Positions 45,399 through 59,249 of a stretch of DNA of 64,000 nucleotides are shown in pieces. Under the pieces are notes generated by a model. The model saw only the letters and a list, made by a program, of their open reading frames with translations. It was not told the DNA's origin and made no database searches. Origin of the DNA: Escherichia coli. Lineage in GTDB: Bacteria; Pseudomonadota; Gammaproteobacteria; Enterobacterales; Enterobacteriaceae. Positions within the stretch are counted from its first letter, which is position 1, and each line of letters begins with the position of its first letter. The stretch is taken from assembly GCF_003334785.1 (NCBI RefSeq), contig NZ_QOWV01000005.1, one strand, 5' to 3'. A program made the position numbers and the translations under genes.

Positions 45399-48272
45399 AT
45401 GACACAGACGTTAAGCCAGCTTGAAAACAGCGGCGCTTTTATTGAACGCCATATCGGACCGGACGCCGCGCAACAGCAAGAAATGCTGAATGCCGTTGGT
45501 GCACAATCGTTAAACGCGCTGACCGGCCAGATTGTGCCGAAAGATATTCAACTTGCGACACCACCGCAGGTTGGCGCACCGGCGACCGAATACGCCGCAC
45601 TGGCAGAACTCAAGGCTATTGCCAGTCGCAATAAACGCTTCACGTCTTACATCGGCATGGGTTACACCGCCGTGCAGCTACCGCCGGTTATCCTGCGTAA
45701 CATGCTGGAAAATCCGGGCTGGTATACCGCGTACACTCCGTATCAACCTGAAGTCTCCCAGGGCCGCCTTGAAGCACTGCTCAACTTCCAGCAGGTAACG
45801 CTGGATTTGACTGGACTGGATATGGCCTCTGCTTCTCTTCTGGACGAGGCCACCGCTGCCGCCGAAGCAATGGCGATGGCGAAACGCGTCAGCAAACTGA
45901 AAAATGCCAACCGCTTCTTCGTGGCTTCCGATGTGCATCCGCAAACGCTGGATGTGGTCCGTACTCGTGCCGAAACCTTTGGTTTTGAAGTGATTGTCGA
46001 TGACGCGCAAAAAGTGCTCGACCATCAGGACGTCTTCGGCGTGCTGTTACAGCAGGTAGGCACTACCGGTGAAATTCACGACTACACTGCGCTTATTAGC
46101 GAACTGAAATCACGCAAAATTGTGGTCAGCGTTGCCGCCGATATTATGGCGCTGGTGCTGTTAACTGCGCCGGGTAAACAGGGCGCGGATATTGTTTTTG
46201 GTTCGGCGCAACGCTTCGGCGTGCCGATGGGCTACGGTGGCCCACACGCGGCATTCTTTGCGGCGAAAGATGAATACAAACGCTCAATGCCGGGCCGTAT
46301 TATCGGTGTATCGAAAGATGCAGCTGGCAATACCGCGCTGCGCATGGCGATGCAGACTCGCGAGCAACATATCCGCCGTGAGAAAGCGAACTCCAACATT
46401 TGTACTTCCCAGGTACTGCTGGCAAACATCGCCAGCCTGTATGCCGTTTATCACGGCCCGGTTGGCCTGAAACGTATCGCTAACCGCATTCACCGTCTGA
46501 CCGATATCCTGGCGGCGGGCCTGCAACAAAAAGGTCTGAAACTGCGCCATGCGCACTATTTCGACACCTTGTGTGTGGAAGTGGCCGACAAAGCGGGCGT
46601 ACTGACGCGTGCCGAAGCGGCTGAAATCAACCTGCGTAGCGATATTCTGAACGCGGTTGGGATCACCCTTGATGAAACAACCACGCGTGAAAACGTAATG
46701 CAGCTTTTCAACGTGCTGCTGGGCGATAACCACGGCCTGGACATCGACACGCTGGACAAAGACGTGGCTCACGACAGCCGCTCTATCCAGCCTGCGATGC
46801 TGCGCGACGACGAAATCCTCACCCATCCGGTGTTTAATCGCTACCACAGCGAAACCGAAATGATGCGCTATATGCACTCGCTGGAGCGTAAAGATCTGGC
46901 GCTGAATCAGGCGATGATCCCGCTGGGTTCCTGCACCATGAAACTGAACGCCGCCGCCGAGATGATCCCAATCACCTGGCCGGAATTTGCCGAACTGCAC
47001 CCGTTCTGCCCGCCGGAGCAGGCCGAAGGTTATCAGCAGATGATTGCGCAGCTGGCTGACTGGCTGGTGAAACTGACCGGTTACGACGCCGTTTGTATGC
47101 AGCCGAACTCTGGCGCACAGGGCGAATACGCGGGCCTGCTGGCGATTCGTCATTATCATGAAAGCCGCAACGAAGGGCATCGCGATATCTGCCTGATCCC
47201 GGCTTCTGCGCACGGAACTAACCCCGCTTCTGCACATATGGCAGGAATGCAGGTGGTGGTTGTGGCGTGTGATAAAAACGGCAACATCGATCTGACTGAT
47301 CTGCGCGCGAAAGCGGAACAGGCGGGCGATAACCTCTCCTGTATCATGGTGACTTATCCTTCTACCCACGGCGTGTATGAAGAAACGATCCGTGAAGTGT
47401 GTGAAGTCGTGCATCAGTTCGGCGGTCAGGTTTACCTTGATGGCGCGAACATGAACGCCCAGGTTGGCATCACCTCGCCGGGCTTTATTGGTGCGGACGT
47501 TTCACACCTTAACCTACATAAAACTTTCTGCATTCCGCACGGCGGTGGTGGTCCGGGTATGGGACCGATCGGCGTGAAAGCGCATTTGGCACCGTTTGTA
47601 CCGGGTCATAGCGTGGTGCAAATCGAAGGCATGTTAACCCGTCAGGGCGCGGTTTCTGCGGCACCGTTCGGTAGCGCCTCTATCCTGCCAATCAGCTGGA
47701 TGTACATCCGCATGATGGGCGCAGAAGGGCTGAAAAAAGCAAGCCAGGTGGCAATCCTCAACGCCAACTATATTGCCAGCCGCCTGCAGGATGCCTTCCC
47801 GGTGCTGTATACCGGTCGCGACGGTCGCGTGGCGCACGAATGTATTCTCGATATTCGCCCGCTGAAAGAAGAAACCGGCATCAGCGAGCTGGATATTGCC
47901 AAGCGCCTGATCGACTACGGTTTCCACGCGCCGACGATGTCGTTCCCGGTGGCGGGTACGCTGATGGTTGAACCGACTGAATCTGAAAGCAAAGTGGAAC
48001 TGGATCGCTTTATCGACGCGATGCTGGCTATCCGCGCAGAAATTGACCAGGTGAAAGCCGGTGTCTGGCCGCTGGAAGATAACCCGCTGGTGAACGCGCC
48101 GCACATTCAGAGCGAACTGGTCGCCGAGTGGGCGCATCCGTACAGCCGTGAAGTTGCGGTATTCCCGGCAGGTGTGGCAGACAAATACTGGCCGACAGTG
48201 AAACGTCTGGATGATGTTTACGGCGACCGTAACCTGTTCTGCTCCTGCGTACCGATTAGCGAATACCAGTAA
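45399..48272 (+). CDS. gcvP: Glycine dehydrogenase (decarboxylating), glycine cleavage P protein
   Basis: 957-aa [44 protein letters not shown]... recognised. Confidence 0.97.
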   Translation: MTQTLSQLENSGAFIERHIGPDAAQQQEMLNAVGAQSLNALTGQIVPKDIQLATPPQVGAPATEYAALAELKAIASRNKRFTSYIGMGYTAVQLPPVILRNMLENPGWYTAYTPYQPEVSQGRLEALLNFQQVTLDLTGLDMASASLLDEATAAAEAMAMAKRVSKLKNANRFFVASDVHPQTLDVVRTRAETFGFEVIVDDAQKVLDHQDVFGVLLQQVGTTGEIHDYTALISELKSRKIVVSVAADIMALVLLTAPGKQGADIVFGSAQRFGVPMGYGGPHAAFFAAKDEYKRSMPGRIIGVSKDAAGNTALRMAMQTREQHIRREKANSNICTSQVLLANIASLYAVYHGPVGLKRIANRIHRLTDILAAGLQQKGLKLRHAHYFDTLCVEVADKAGVLTRAEAAEINLRSDILNAVGITLDETTTRENVMQLFNVLLGDNHGLDIDTLDKDVAHDSRSIQPAMLRDDEILTHPVFNRYHSETEMMRYMHSLERKDLALNQAMIPLGSCTMKLNAAAEMIPITWPEFAELHPFCPPEQAEGYQQMIAQLADWLVKLTGYDAVCMQPNSGAQGEYAGLLAIRHYHESRNEGHRDICLIPASAHGTNPASAHMAGMQVVVVACDKNGNIDLTDLRAKAEQAGDNLSCIMVTYPSTHGVYEETIREVCEVVHQFGGQVYLDGANMNAQVGITSPGFIGADVSHLNLHKTFCIPHGGGGPGMGPIGVKAHLAPFVPGHSVVQIEGMLTRQGAVSAAPFGSASILPISWMYIRMMGAEGLKKASQVAILNANYIASRLQDAFPVLYTGRDGRVAHECILDIRPLKEETGISELDIAKRLIDYGFHAPTMSFPVAGTLMVEPTESESKVELDRFIDAMLAIRAEIDQVKAGVWPLEDNPLVNAPHIQSELVAEWAHPYSREVAVFPAGVADKYWPTVKRLDDVYGDRNLFCSCVPISEYQ

Positions 48273-48294
48273 TTCACTGATTCGACTATTTTCT

Positions 48295-48316
48295 AAAGGC
48301 GCTTCGGCGCCTTTTT
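48295..48316 (+). terminator. Rho-independent terminator of the gcvTHP operon
   Basis: aaaggcgcttcggcgccttttt. Confidence 0.8.
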
Positions 48317-48344
48317 AGTCAGATGACAAAGTACAAAAGTGCTC

Positions 48345-48470
48345 AGACAGTCCCCTCGCCCCTTTGGGGAGAGGGTTAGGGTGAGGGGAACAGGCCGGCA
48401 CTGGCGCGAATATTTACCCTCACCCCGGCCCTCTCCCTGAAAGGGCGAGGGGGAAAAGCGTGCCAACATT
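48345..48470. repeat. Large GC-rich imperfect palindrome downstream of gcvP (related in motif to the element at 45290..45365)
   Basis: Left arm cccctcgcccctttggggagagggttagggtgaggg, right arm ccctcaccccggccctctccctgaaagggcgaggggg. Confidence 0.55.
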
Positions 48471-48538
48471 GAAGATTGAGCCAGTTTGTTAGCAATCTCA
48501 AAGATACGTCAACGAATTAATTTTTCTCGGAAAAACAA

Positions 48539-49282
48539 ATGGCTATAGCACTTGTGACTGGTGGCAGTCGCGGCATCGGGCGGGCAACTGCATTACTGTT
48601 GGCGCAAGAAGGGTATACGGTGGCGGTTAATTATCAGCAAAACCTCCACGCGGCGCAGGAAGTGATGAACTTAATAACGCAAGCCGGTGGCAAAGCATTC
48701 GTGCTCCAGGCGGATATCAGCGACGAAAACCAGGTCGTTGCGATGTTTACAGCAATCGATCAGCACGATGAACCGCTAGCAGCGCTGGTCAATAACGCCG
48801 GGATCTTGTTTACCCAGTGCACCGTTGAAAACCTTACCGCAGAGCGAATCAACCGAGTACTTTCCACCAACGTGACGGGATATTTTCTCTGCTGCCGCGA
48901 GGCGGTAAAACGCATGGCGCTTAAAAATGGTGGCAGTGGCGGCGCTATCGTCAATGTCTCTTCGGTGGCCTCACGGTTGGGTTCGCCAGGGGAATATGTT
49001 GATTACGCGGCATCGAAAGGGGCGATTGATACGTTAACCACCGGACTATCGCTGGAAGTCGCCGCGCAGGGGATCCGCGTTAACTGCGTGCGGCCAGGGT
49101 TTATTTATACCGAAATGCACGCCAGCGGCGGCGAGCCTGGACGCGTCGATCGCGTTAAGTCGAACATCCCCATGCAGCGTGGTGGACAGGCAGAAGAGGT
49201 CGCGCAGGCCATTGTCTGGCTACTAAGTGATAAAGCCTCTTACGTCACGGGAAGTTTTATCGATTTGGCGGGCGGGAAATAA
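48539..49282 (+). CDS. ygfF: Short-chain dehydrogenase/reductase (SDR) of unknown substrate
   Basis: 247-aa ORF with N-terminal TGGSRGIGRA Rossmann motif. Confidence 0.9.
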   Translation: MAIALVTGGSRGIGRATALLLAQEGYTVAVNYQQNLHAAQEVMNLITQAGGKAFVLQADISDENQVVAMFTAIDQHDEPLAALVNNAGILFTQCTVENLTAERINRVLSTNVTGYFLCCREAVKRMALKNGGSGGAIVNVSSVASRLGSPGEYVDYAASKGAIDTLTTGLSLEVAAQGIRVNCVRPGFIYTEMHASGGEPGRVDRVKSNIPMQRGGQAEEVAQAIVWLLSDKASYVTGSFIDLAGGK

Positions 49283-49338
49283 AACAGGGAAGTTGTCTGA
49301 CCGGATGCAACAAGTATTGCATCCGGTACTTCATCGAC

Positions 49339-50799
<1,461 letters not shown>

Positions 50800-50816
50800 T
50801 TACAGGAAATAGTACC

Positions 50817-51128
50817 ATGCAGCCAAACGACATCACTTTTTTTCAACGTTTCCAGGATGACATTCTGGCTGGGCGTAAAACCATCACCATCCGCGACGAG
50901 TCTGAATCGCACTTCAAAACGGGTGATGTGCTTCGTGTCGGACGTTTTGAAGATGACGGTTATTTTTGCACGATTGAAGTCACCGCAACCTCAACCGTAA
51001 CGCTGGATACGCTGACTGAAAAACATGCAGAGCAGGAAAATATGACCCTGACTGAACTGAAAAAAGTCATTGCTGACATCTATCCCGGCCAGACACAATT
51101 TTATGTGATTGAATTTAAATGTCTTTAA
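50817..51128 (+). CDS. yqfB: ASCH-domain protein YqfB
   Basis: 103-aa [44 protein letters not shown]... recognised. Confidence 0.85.
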   Translation: MQPNDITFFQRFQDDILAGRKTITIRDESESHFKTGDVLRVGRFEDDGYFCTIEVTATSTVTLDTLTEKHAEQENMTLTELKKVIADIYPGQTQFYVIEFKCL

Positions 51129-51288
51129 ATTGAACTCACGCCTGTTAGTTGAAATTTCGCATTTAATTTCATGATTTTTAGGAGATTAGTCTCAAATCAG
51201 AATTTATTTTAGCTAACAGGTGTTCACTGGAACTATTCTCAGTTACGCTGGAGAGGTATACATGTGCGTGTACGTTTCTCCGGAGTAA

Positions 51289-51951
<663 letters not shown>

Positions 51952-51962
51952 TGGGTATGCCT

Positions 51963-52121
51963 TTGTAGGCCTGATAAGACGCGCCAGCGTCGCATCAGGC
52001 ATCGGAGCACAACTGCCGGATTCGGCGTGAACGCCTTATCCGATCTACGGGCCTCGTCCCTGTTGTGATAAAGGCATCAAATCCCAGACATGATAAGACG
52101 CGCCAGCGTCGCATCAGGCGA
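51963..52121. repeat. REP/BIME cluster (three REP units) between yqfA and ygfZ
   Basis: gtaggcctgataagacgcgccagcgtcgcatcaggc, ccggattcggcgtgaacgccttatccgatctac and tgataagacgcgccagcgtcgcatcaggcg. Confidence 0.85.
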
Positions 52122-52130
52122 TAAAGAGAT

Positions 52131-53111
52131 TTACTCTTCGAGCGAATACGGCAGCGGCTCGATATGCAATGTATTCGCATCGTCGCGTACGCGGAAGATG
52201 CTATCCGGTTCCATATCGTTATTCATGACGACCTGTACCACGACCTGACCATCTTCCAGTTTTACCGCAGCCAGTACCGTACCGGTACGACGCCAGTTCT
52301 CGCCCATTTTCAGCTCTAAGTCTTCACCAGCTTCCGGCAGTCGGCTGGCGCTACCTGCCAGCAACCAGAGCGCACGTTTATTGGCACCACGGAATTTTGC
52401 TCGCGCCACCATCTCTTGTCCGGTATAACAGCCTTTCTTAAAGCTGATACCGCCCAGCGCCTGGAGATTGGTCGCCTGTGGGATAAACTGCCCGCTGTTG
52501 GCGGCATCAATCACCGGGAAACCCGCTTCAATGTTTAATGCCAGCCACTGTTGGCTATTGTTCAGTTCCGCTTCACCGCGCAGTTTATCGGTCAGCATAT
52601 TAGCAGTAGCTTCATCGGTTACGATCAGGAAACGTTCTGCCGGGTGTTCAAACCATAGCAAAGTGGTCGCGCCTTCTTTGACTACCTGTTTTTCTTTCGA
52701 AGGCAGTTCGCTAAAGAGATTTGCCAGCGCGGCGCGCGCCTGAAAACCGGCAACACCAAGCAGCACACGCTCGTCGTCTGGCGCGATGGTCACTTTAGAG
52801 AATACCGCATATTTTTTCAGTTCAGTCAGCTGCGGTTCACGCACGCTGCGCCGTTCAATCCATGCAAAGCCATCGCCGTCGCGGAACAGACGTAAATTGC
52901 TCCACATTTTACCTTTGGCGTCGCAATGGGCGGCGAGCAGGTGCTGATCTTCTGCCATCTGGCTGACATCTGCTGTCACCTGACCCTGCATATATTTTTC
53001 GCTGTCCGCGCCAGTAATGGTGGCAAGCGCCCAGTCATCAAGCGTCATCAGCGTCAGCGGTAAACGGGCAGAAGCCGTAGGCTGACGGGGAGGAAAAGGT
53101 GTAAAAGCCAT
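52131..53111 (-). CDS. ygfZ: Folate-binding Fe-S cluster repair/assembly protein YgfZ
   Basis: 326-aa [48 protein letters not shown]... recognised. Confidence 0.93.
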   Translation of the reverse strand: MAFTPFPPRQPTASARLPLTLMTLDDWALATITGADSEKYMQGQVTADVSQMAEDQHLLAAHCDAKGKMWSNLRLFRDGDGFAWIERRSVREPQLTELKKYAVFSKVTIAPDDERVLLGVAGFQARAALANLFSELPSKEKQVVKEGATTLLWFEHPAERFLIVTDEATANMLTDKLRGEAELNNSQQWLALNIEAGFPVIDAANSGQFIPQATNLQALGGISFKKGCYTGQEMVARAKFRGANKRALWLLAGSASRLPEAGEDLELKMGENWRRTGTVLAAVKLEDGQVVVQVVMNNDMEPDSIFRVRDDANTLHIEPLPYSLEE

Positions 53112-53341
53112 AATAGAGTCCTGAGTTGCTTAACGGCGTATTAATGACTAATGGTAAAAGAGCTATGAGGCAATGCAAGTGCTTTCACTACGCGATCTGT
53201 GCCTTCTGCGAGGCGACTTCCAAAAAAATGAAGCCATTGAATTGTTGTGAATTAATTTCGCGATCGCGATGGTGTTTACTGATATTCCCGTAAAAGAAGG
53301 CGAAAAACACGTTACAATAGCCGGGTACTGGATTTTCGTGA

Positions 53342-54008
<667 letters not shown>

Positions 54009-54047
54009 AGATGACGGCAAAGCATATGCGCTAAGCCGTCAGTGAGA

Positions 54048-54569
54048 TCAGGCGTAATGCTCTGCCATTTCGTTGAGGATTTGCTCGCACCAGCTCTGAA
54101 TACGCTCGTCGCTAAGGTCATACTGGTTAGTTTCATCCAGCGCCAGACCCACGAACAGTTGCCCGTCAGCAATCACCGGTTTCGGGCTGGTAAATTCATA
54201 TCCTTCCGTTGGCCAGTAGCCGACGAACTTCACGCCTTTGGTCGAGAGTTTGTCATGCAGCATACCGAGCGCATCGAGGAACCACTCGCCGTATCCCAGT
54301 TGATCGCCAAGCCCATACAGCGCAACAATTTTACCTTCAAGGTTCAGGTCGTCGAGCTGATCCCAGACGGCTTCCCAGTCTTCCTGGATTTCACCAAAAT
54401 CCCAGGTCGGGATACCCAGAATGAGCACATCGTACTGCTCCATTAATTTCGGGGAGTCGTCCTTGAGGTTATGTAAGGTCACCAGTTCTGGGCCGATAAT
54501 ATCGCGGATTTTTTCTGCCGCCATTTCGGTGTAACAGGTGCTGGAACCGTAAAAAAGACCCATATTCAT
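54048..54569 (-). CDS. fldB: Flavodoxin 2
   Basis: 173-aa [29 protein letters not shown]... recognised as long-chain flavodoxin. Confidence 0.95.
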
Positions 54570-54680
54570 AACGTAAGCTTCTCGATTCTGCTGTGGCTTT
54601 TGCGGCTAGTGTATCAGAATCGCTTTAGTCACGGCACAATAAGGCATAATGGATCAAATGAGTGACCATAAGGGGCGCAA

Positions 54681-55577
54681 GTGAAACAGGATCTGGCACG
54701 CATCGAGCAGTTTCTTGATGCTCTGTGGCTGGAAAAAAATCTGGCTGAAAATACGTTGAACGCTTACCGTCGCGATCTGTCAATGATGGTGGAGTGGTTG
54801 CATCACCGCGGGTTGACGCTGGCGACGGCGCAAAGTGACGATTTGCAGGCATTACTGGCAGAACGGCTGGAGGGCGGGTATAAAGCCACCAGCTCAGCGC
54901 GTTTGCTGAGTGCAGTGCGCCGATTGTTCCAGTATCTTTATCGCGAAAAGTTTCGTGAAGACGATCCCAGTGCGCATCTCGCTTCACCGAAATTGCCCCA
55001 GCGTTTGCCAAAAGATTTAAGCGAAGCGCAGGTCGAACGTTTATTACAGGCACCATTAATCGATCAGCCACTGGAGCTACGCGATAAAGCCATGCTTGAA
55101 GTGTTGTATGCTACCGGGCTGCGTGTCTCTGAACTGGTCGGACTGACAATGAGTGATATCAGCCTGCGTCAGGGCGTGGTACGGGTCATTGGTAAAGGCA
55201 ACAAAGAGCGTCTGGTGCCGTTAGGTGAAGAGGCGGTTTACTGGCTGGAAACCTATCTGGAACATGGGCGTCCGTGGCTGCTGAATGGTGTGTCAATTGA
55301 CGTGTTGTTTCCCAGCCAGCGTGCGCAGCAGATGACGCGACAGACCTTCTGGCACCGTATTAAACATTATGCTGTGCTGGCGGGTATCGACAGCGAAAAG
55401 CTGTCACCGCATGTGTTGCGTCACGCTTTTGCCACTCATTTATTAAATCATGGTGCGGATTTACGCGTGGTGCAGATGCTACTGGGCCACAGCGATCTCT
55501 CCACCACGCAAATTTATACGCATGTCGCTACCGAGCGTCTGCGGCAACTTCATCAACAGCATCACCCGCGGGCGTGA
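54681..55577 (+). CDS. xerD: Site-specific tyrosine recombinase XerD (chromosome dimer resolution)
   Basis: 298-aa ORF with the C-terminal HVLRHAFATHLLNHGADLRVVQMLLGH...Y catalytic region; housekeeping, not an island integrase. Confidence 0.96.
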   Translation: MKQDLARIEQFLDALWLEKNLAENTLNAYRRDLSMMVEWLHHRGLTLATAQSDDLQALLAERLEGGYKATSSARLLSAVRRLFQYLYREKFREDDPSAHLASPKLPQRLPKDLSEAQVERLLQAPLIDQPLELRDKAMLEVLYATGLRVSELVGLTMSDISLRQGVVRVIGKGNKERLVPLGEEAVYWLETYLEHGRPWLLNGVSIDVLFPSQRAQQMTRQTFWHRIKHYAVLAGIDSEKLSPHVLRHAFATHLLNHGADLRVVQMLLGHSDLSTTQIYTHVATERLRQLHQQHHPRA

Positions 55578-55601
55578 TGTCTGAAAAGAACGGGAAGATT
55601 T

Positions 55602-56312
55602 ATGAAGAAAGGTTTTATGTTGTTTACTTTGTTAGCGGCGTTTTCAGGCTTTGCTCAGGCTGATGACGCGGCAATTCAACAAACGTTAGCCAAAATGGGC
55701 ATCAAAAGCAGCGATATTCAGCCCGCGCCTGTAGCTGGCATGAAGACAGTTCTGACTAACAGCGGCGTGTTGTACATCACCGATGATGGTAAACATATCA
55801 TTCAGGGGCCAATGTATGACGTTAGTGGCACGGCTCCGGTCAATGTCACCAATAAGATGCTGTTAAAGCAGTTGAATGCGCTTGAAAAAGAGATGATCGT
55901 TTATAAAGCGCCGCAGGAAAAACACGTCATCACCGTGTTTACTGATATTACCTGTGGTTACTGCCACAAACTGCATGAGCAAATGGCAGACTACAACGCG
56001 CTGGGGATCACCGTGCGTTATCTTGCTTTCCCGCGCCAGGGGCTGGACAGCGATGCAGAGAAAGAAATGAAAGCTATCTGGTGTGCGAAAGATAAAAACA
56101 AAGCGTTTGATGATGTGATGGCAGGTAAAAGCGTCGCACCAGCCAGTTGCGACGTGGATATTGCCGACCATTACGCACTTGGCGTCCAGCTTGGCGTTAG
56201 CGGTACTCCGGCAGTTGTGCTGAGCAATGGCACACTTATTCCGGGTTACCAGCCGCCGAAAGAGATGAAAGAATTCCTCGACGAACACCAAAAAATGACC
56301 AGCGGTAAATAA
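55602..56312 (+). CDS. dsbC: Periplasmic disulfide isomerase DsbC
   Basis: 236-aa ORF with signal peptide and CGYC active site. Confidence 0.96.
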   Translation: MKKGFMLFTLLAAFSGFAQADDAAIQQTLAKMGIKSSDIQPAPVAGMKTVLTNSGVLYITDDGKHIIQGPMYDVSGTAPVNVTNKMLLKQLNALEKEMIVYKAPQEKHVITVFTDITCGYCHKLHEQMADYNALGITVRYLAFPRQGLDSDAEKEMKAIWCAKDKNKAFDDVMAGKSVAPASCDVDIADHYALGVQLGVSGTPAVVLSNGTLIPGYQPPKEMKEFLDEHQKMTSGK

Positions 56313-56317
56313 TTCGC

Positions 56318-58051
56318 GTGAAACAACAGATACAACTTCGTCGCCGTGAAGTCGATGAAACGGCAGACTTGCCCGCTGAATTGCCTCCCTTGCTGCGCCG
56401 TTTATACGCCAGCCGGGGAGTACGCAGTGCGCAAGAACTGGAACGCAGTGTTAAAGGTATGCTGCCCTGGCAGCAACTGAGCGGCGTCGAAAAGGCCGTT
56501 GAGATCCTTTACAACGCTTTTCGCGAAGGAACGCGGATTATTGTGGTCGGTGATTTCGACGCCGACGGCGCGACCAGCACGGCTCTAAGCGTGCTGGCGA
56601 TGCGCTCGCTTGGTTGCAGCAATATCGACTACCTGGTACCAAACCGTTTCGAAGACGGTTACGGCTTAAGCCCGGAAGTGGTCGATCAGGCCCATGCCCG
56701 TGGCGCGCAGTTAATTGTCACGGTGGATAACGGTATTTCCTCCCATGCGGGGGTTGAGCACGCTCGCTCGTTGGGCATCCCGGTTATTGTTACCGATCAC
56801 CATTTGCCAGGCGACACATTACCCGCAGCGGAAGCGATCATTAACCCTAACTTGCGCGACTGTAATTTCCCGTCGAAATCACTGGCAGGCGTGGGTGTGG
56901 CGTTTTATCTGATGCTGGCGCTGCGCACCTTTTTGCGCGATCAGGGCTGGTTTGATGAGCGTAACATCGCAATTCCTAACCTGGCAGAACTGCTGGATCT
57001 GGTCGCGCTGGGGACAGTGGCGGACGTCGTGCCGCTGGACGCTAATAATCGCATTCTGACCTGGCAGGGGATGAGTCGCATCCGAGCCGGAAAGTGCCGT
57101 CCGGGGATTAAAGCGCTGCTTGAAGTGGCAAACCGTGATGCACAAAAACTCGCCGCCAGCGATTTAGGTTTTGCGCTGGGGCCACGTCTCAATGCTGCCG
57201 GACGACTGGACGATATGTCCGTCGGTGTGGCGCTGTTGTTGTGCGACAACATCGGCGAAGCGCGCGTGCTGGCAAATGAACTCGATGCGCTAAACCAGAC
57301 GCGAAAAGAGATCGAACAAGGAATGCAAATTGAAGCCCTGACCCTGTGCGAGAAACTGGAGCGCAGCCGTGACACGCTACCCGGCGGGCTGGCAATGTAT
57401 CACCCCGAATGGCATCAGGGCGTTGTCGGTATTCTGGCTTCGCGCATCAAAGAGCGTTTTCACCGTCCGGTTATCGCGTTTGCGCCAGCAGGTGACGGTA
57501 CGCTGAAAGGTTCCGGTCGCTCCATTCAGGGGCTGCATATGCGTGATGCGCTGGAGCGATTAGACACACTCTACCCTGGCATGATGCTGAAGTTTGGCGG
57601 TCATGCGATGGCGGCGGGTTTGTCGCTGGAAGAGGATAAATTCAAACTCTTTCAACAACGGTTTGGCGAACTGGTTACTGAGTGGCTGGACCCTTCGCTA
57701 TTGCAAGGCGAAGTGGTATCAGACGGTCCGTTAAGCCCGGCCGAAATGACCATGGAAGTGGCGCAGCTGCTGCGCGATGCTGGCCCGTGGGGGCAGATGT
57801 TCCCGGAGCCGCTGTTTGACGGTCATTTCCGTCTGCTGCAACAGCGGCTGGTGGGCGAACGTCATTTGAAGGTGATGGTCGAACCGGTCGGCGGCGGTCC
57901 ACTGCTGGATGGTATTGCTTTTAATGTCGATACCGCCCTCTGGCCGGATAACGGCGTGCGCGAAGTGCAACTGGCTTATAAGCTCGATATCAACGAGTTT
58001 CGCGGCAACCGCAGCCTGCAAATTATCATCGACAATATCTGGCCAATTTAG
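56318..58051 (+). CDS. recJ: Single-stranded-DNA-specific 5'-3' exonuclease RecJ
   Basis: 577-aa ORF with DHH motifs (GDFDADG, TDHH). Confidence 0.96.
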   Translation: MKQQIQLRRREVDETADLPAELPPLLRRLYASRGVRSAQELERSVKGMLPWQQLSGVEKAVEILYNAFREGTRIIVVGDFDADGATSTALSVLAMRSLGCSNIDYLVPNRFEDGYGLSPEVVDQAHARGAQLIVTVDNGISSHAGVEHARSLGIPVIVTDHHLPGDTLPAAEAIINPNLRDCNFPSKSLAGVGVAFYLMLALRTFLRDQGWFDERNIAIPNLAELLDLVALGTVADVVPLDANNRILTWQGMSRIRAGKCRPGIKALLEVANRDAQKLAASDLGFALGPRLNAAGRLDDMSVGVALLLCDNIGEARVLANELDALNQTRKEIEQGMQIEALTLCEKLERSRDTLPGGLAMYHPEWHQGVVGILASRIKERFHRPVIAFAPAGDGTLKGSGRSIQGLHMRDALERLDTLYPGMMLKFGGHAMAAGLSLEEDKFKLFQQRFGELVTEWLDPSLLQGEVVSDGPLSPAEMTMEVAQLLRDAGPWGQMFPEPLFDGHFRLLQQRLVGERHLKVMVEPVGGGPLLDGIAFNVDTALWPDNGVREVQLAYKLDINEFRGNRSLQIIIDNIWPI

Positions 58052-58141
58052 CGTCATCTTCTCTATAAAAAAGAGCGTGGATTGGGTACAATCCCGCTCT
58101 TATCACCGCATTTTGACTAGCTCAATAAAAGAAATCAGACC

Positions 58142-59240
58142 ATGTTTGAAATTAATCCGGTAAATAATCGCATTCAGGACCTCACGGAACGCTCCGACGT
58201 TCTTAGGGGGTATCTTTGACTACGACGCCAAGAAAGAGCGTCTGGAAGAAGTAAACGCCGAGCTGGAACAGCCGGATGTCTGGAACGAACCCGAACGCGC
58301 ACAGGCGCTGGGTAAAGAGCGTTCCTCCCTCGAAGCCGTTGTCGACACCCTCGACCAAATGAAACAGGGGCTGGAAGATGTTTCTGGTCTGCTGGAACTG
58401 GCTGTAGAAGCTGACGACGAAGAAACCTTTAACGAAGCCGTTGCTGAACTCGACGCCCTGGAAGAAAAACTGGCGCAGCTTGAGTTCCGCCGTATGTTCT
58501 CTGGCGAATATGACAGCGCCGACTGCTACCTCGATATTCAGGCGGGGTCTGGCGGTACGGAAGCACAGGACTGGGCGAGCATGCTTGAGCGTATGTATCT
58601 GCGCTGGGCAGAATCGCGTGGTTTCAAAACTGAAATCATCGAAGAGTCGGAAGGTGAAGTGGCGGGTATTAAATCCGTGACGATCAAAATCTCCGGCGAT
58701 TACGCTTACGGCTGGCTGCGTACAGAAACCGGCGTTCACCGCCTGGTGCGTAAAAGCCCGTTTGACTCCGGCGGTCGTCGCCACACGTCGTTCAGCTCCG
58801 CGTTTGTTTATCCGGAAGTTGATGATGATATTGATATCGAAATCAACCCGGCGGATCTGCGCATTGACGTTTATCGCGCGTCCGGCGCGGGCGGTCAGCA
58901 CGTTAACCGTACCGAATCTGCGGTGCGTATTACCCACATCCCGACCGGGATCGTGACCCAGTGCCAGAACGACCGTTCCCAGCACAAGAACAAAGATCAG
59001 GCCATGAAGCAGATGAAAGCGAAGCTTTATGAACTGGAGATGCAGAAGAAAAATGCCGAGAAACAGGCGATGGAAGATAACAAATCCGACATCGGCTGGG
59101 GCAGCCAGATTCGTTCTTATGTCCTTGATGACTCCCGCATTAAAGATCTGCGCACCGGGGTAGAAACCCGCAACACGCAGGCCGTGCTGGACGGCAGCCT
59201 GGATCAATTTATCGAAGCAAGTTTGAAAGCAGGGTTATGA
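58142..59240 (+). CDS. prfB: Peptide chain release factor 2, expressed by programmed +1 ribosomal frameshift (join 58142..58216, 58218..59240)
   Basis: Frame 1 reads [25 protein letters not shown] then in-frame TGA at 58217..58219; the +1 frame continues [18 protein letters not shown]... (track ORF 58359..59240) and includes the GGQ motif. Confidence 0.93.
58205..58220 (+). promoter_or_regulatory. prfB autoregulatory frameshift site: internal Shine-Dalgarno-like AGGGGG, slippery CUU, in-frame UGA
   Basis: agggggtatctttgac seen directly. Confidence 0.9.
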
Positions 59241-59249
59241 GGAACCAAC

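Noticed and set aside
46284-47414. 376-aa ORF antisense to gcvP, plus similar antisense ORFs at 10700..11716 (speB), 23100..24074 (fbaA), 21800..22498 (pgk) and 62570..63217 (uacT)
   Set aside because: These are overlapping antisense frames within confidently identified genes and are judged non-coding.
54681-55577. Tyrosine recombinase as a marker of an integrated element
   Set aside because: The sequence and context (fldB upstream, dsbC-recJ downstream) identify it as xerD, the chromosome dimer resolution recombinase.
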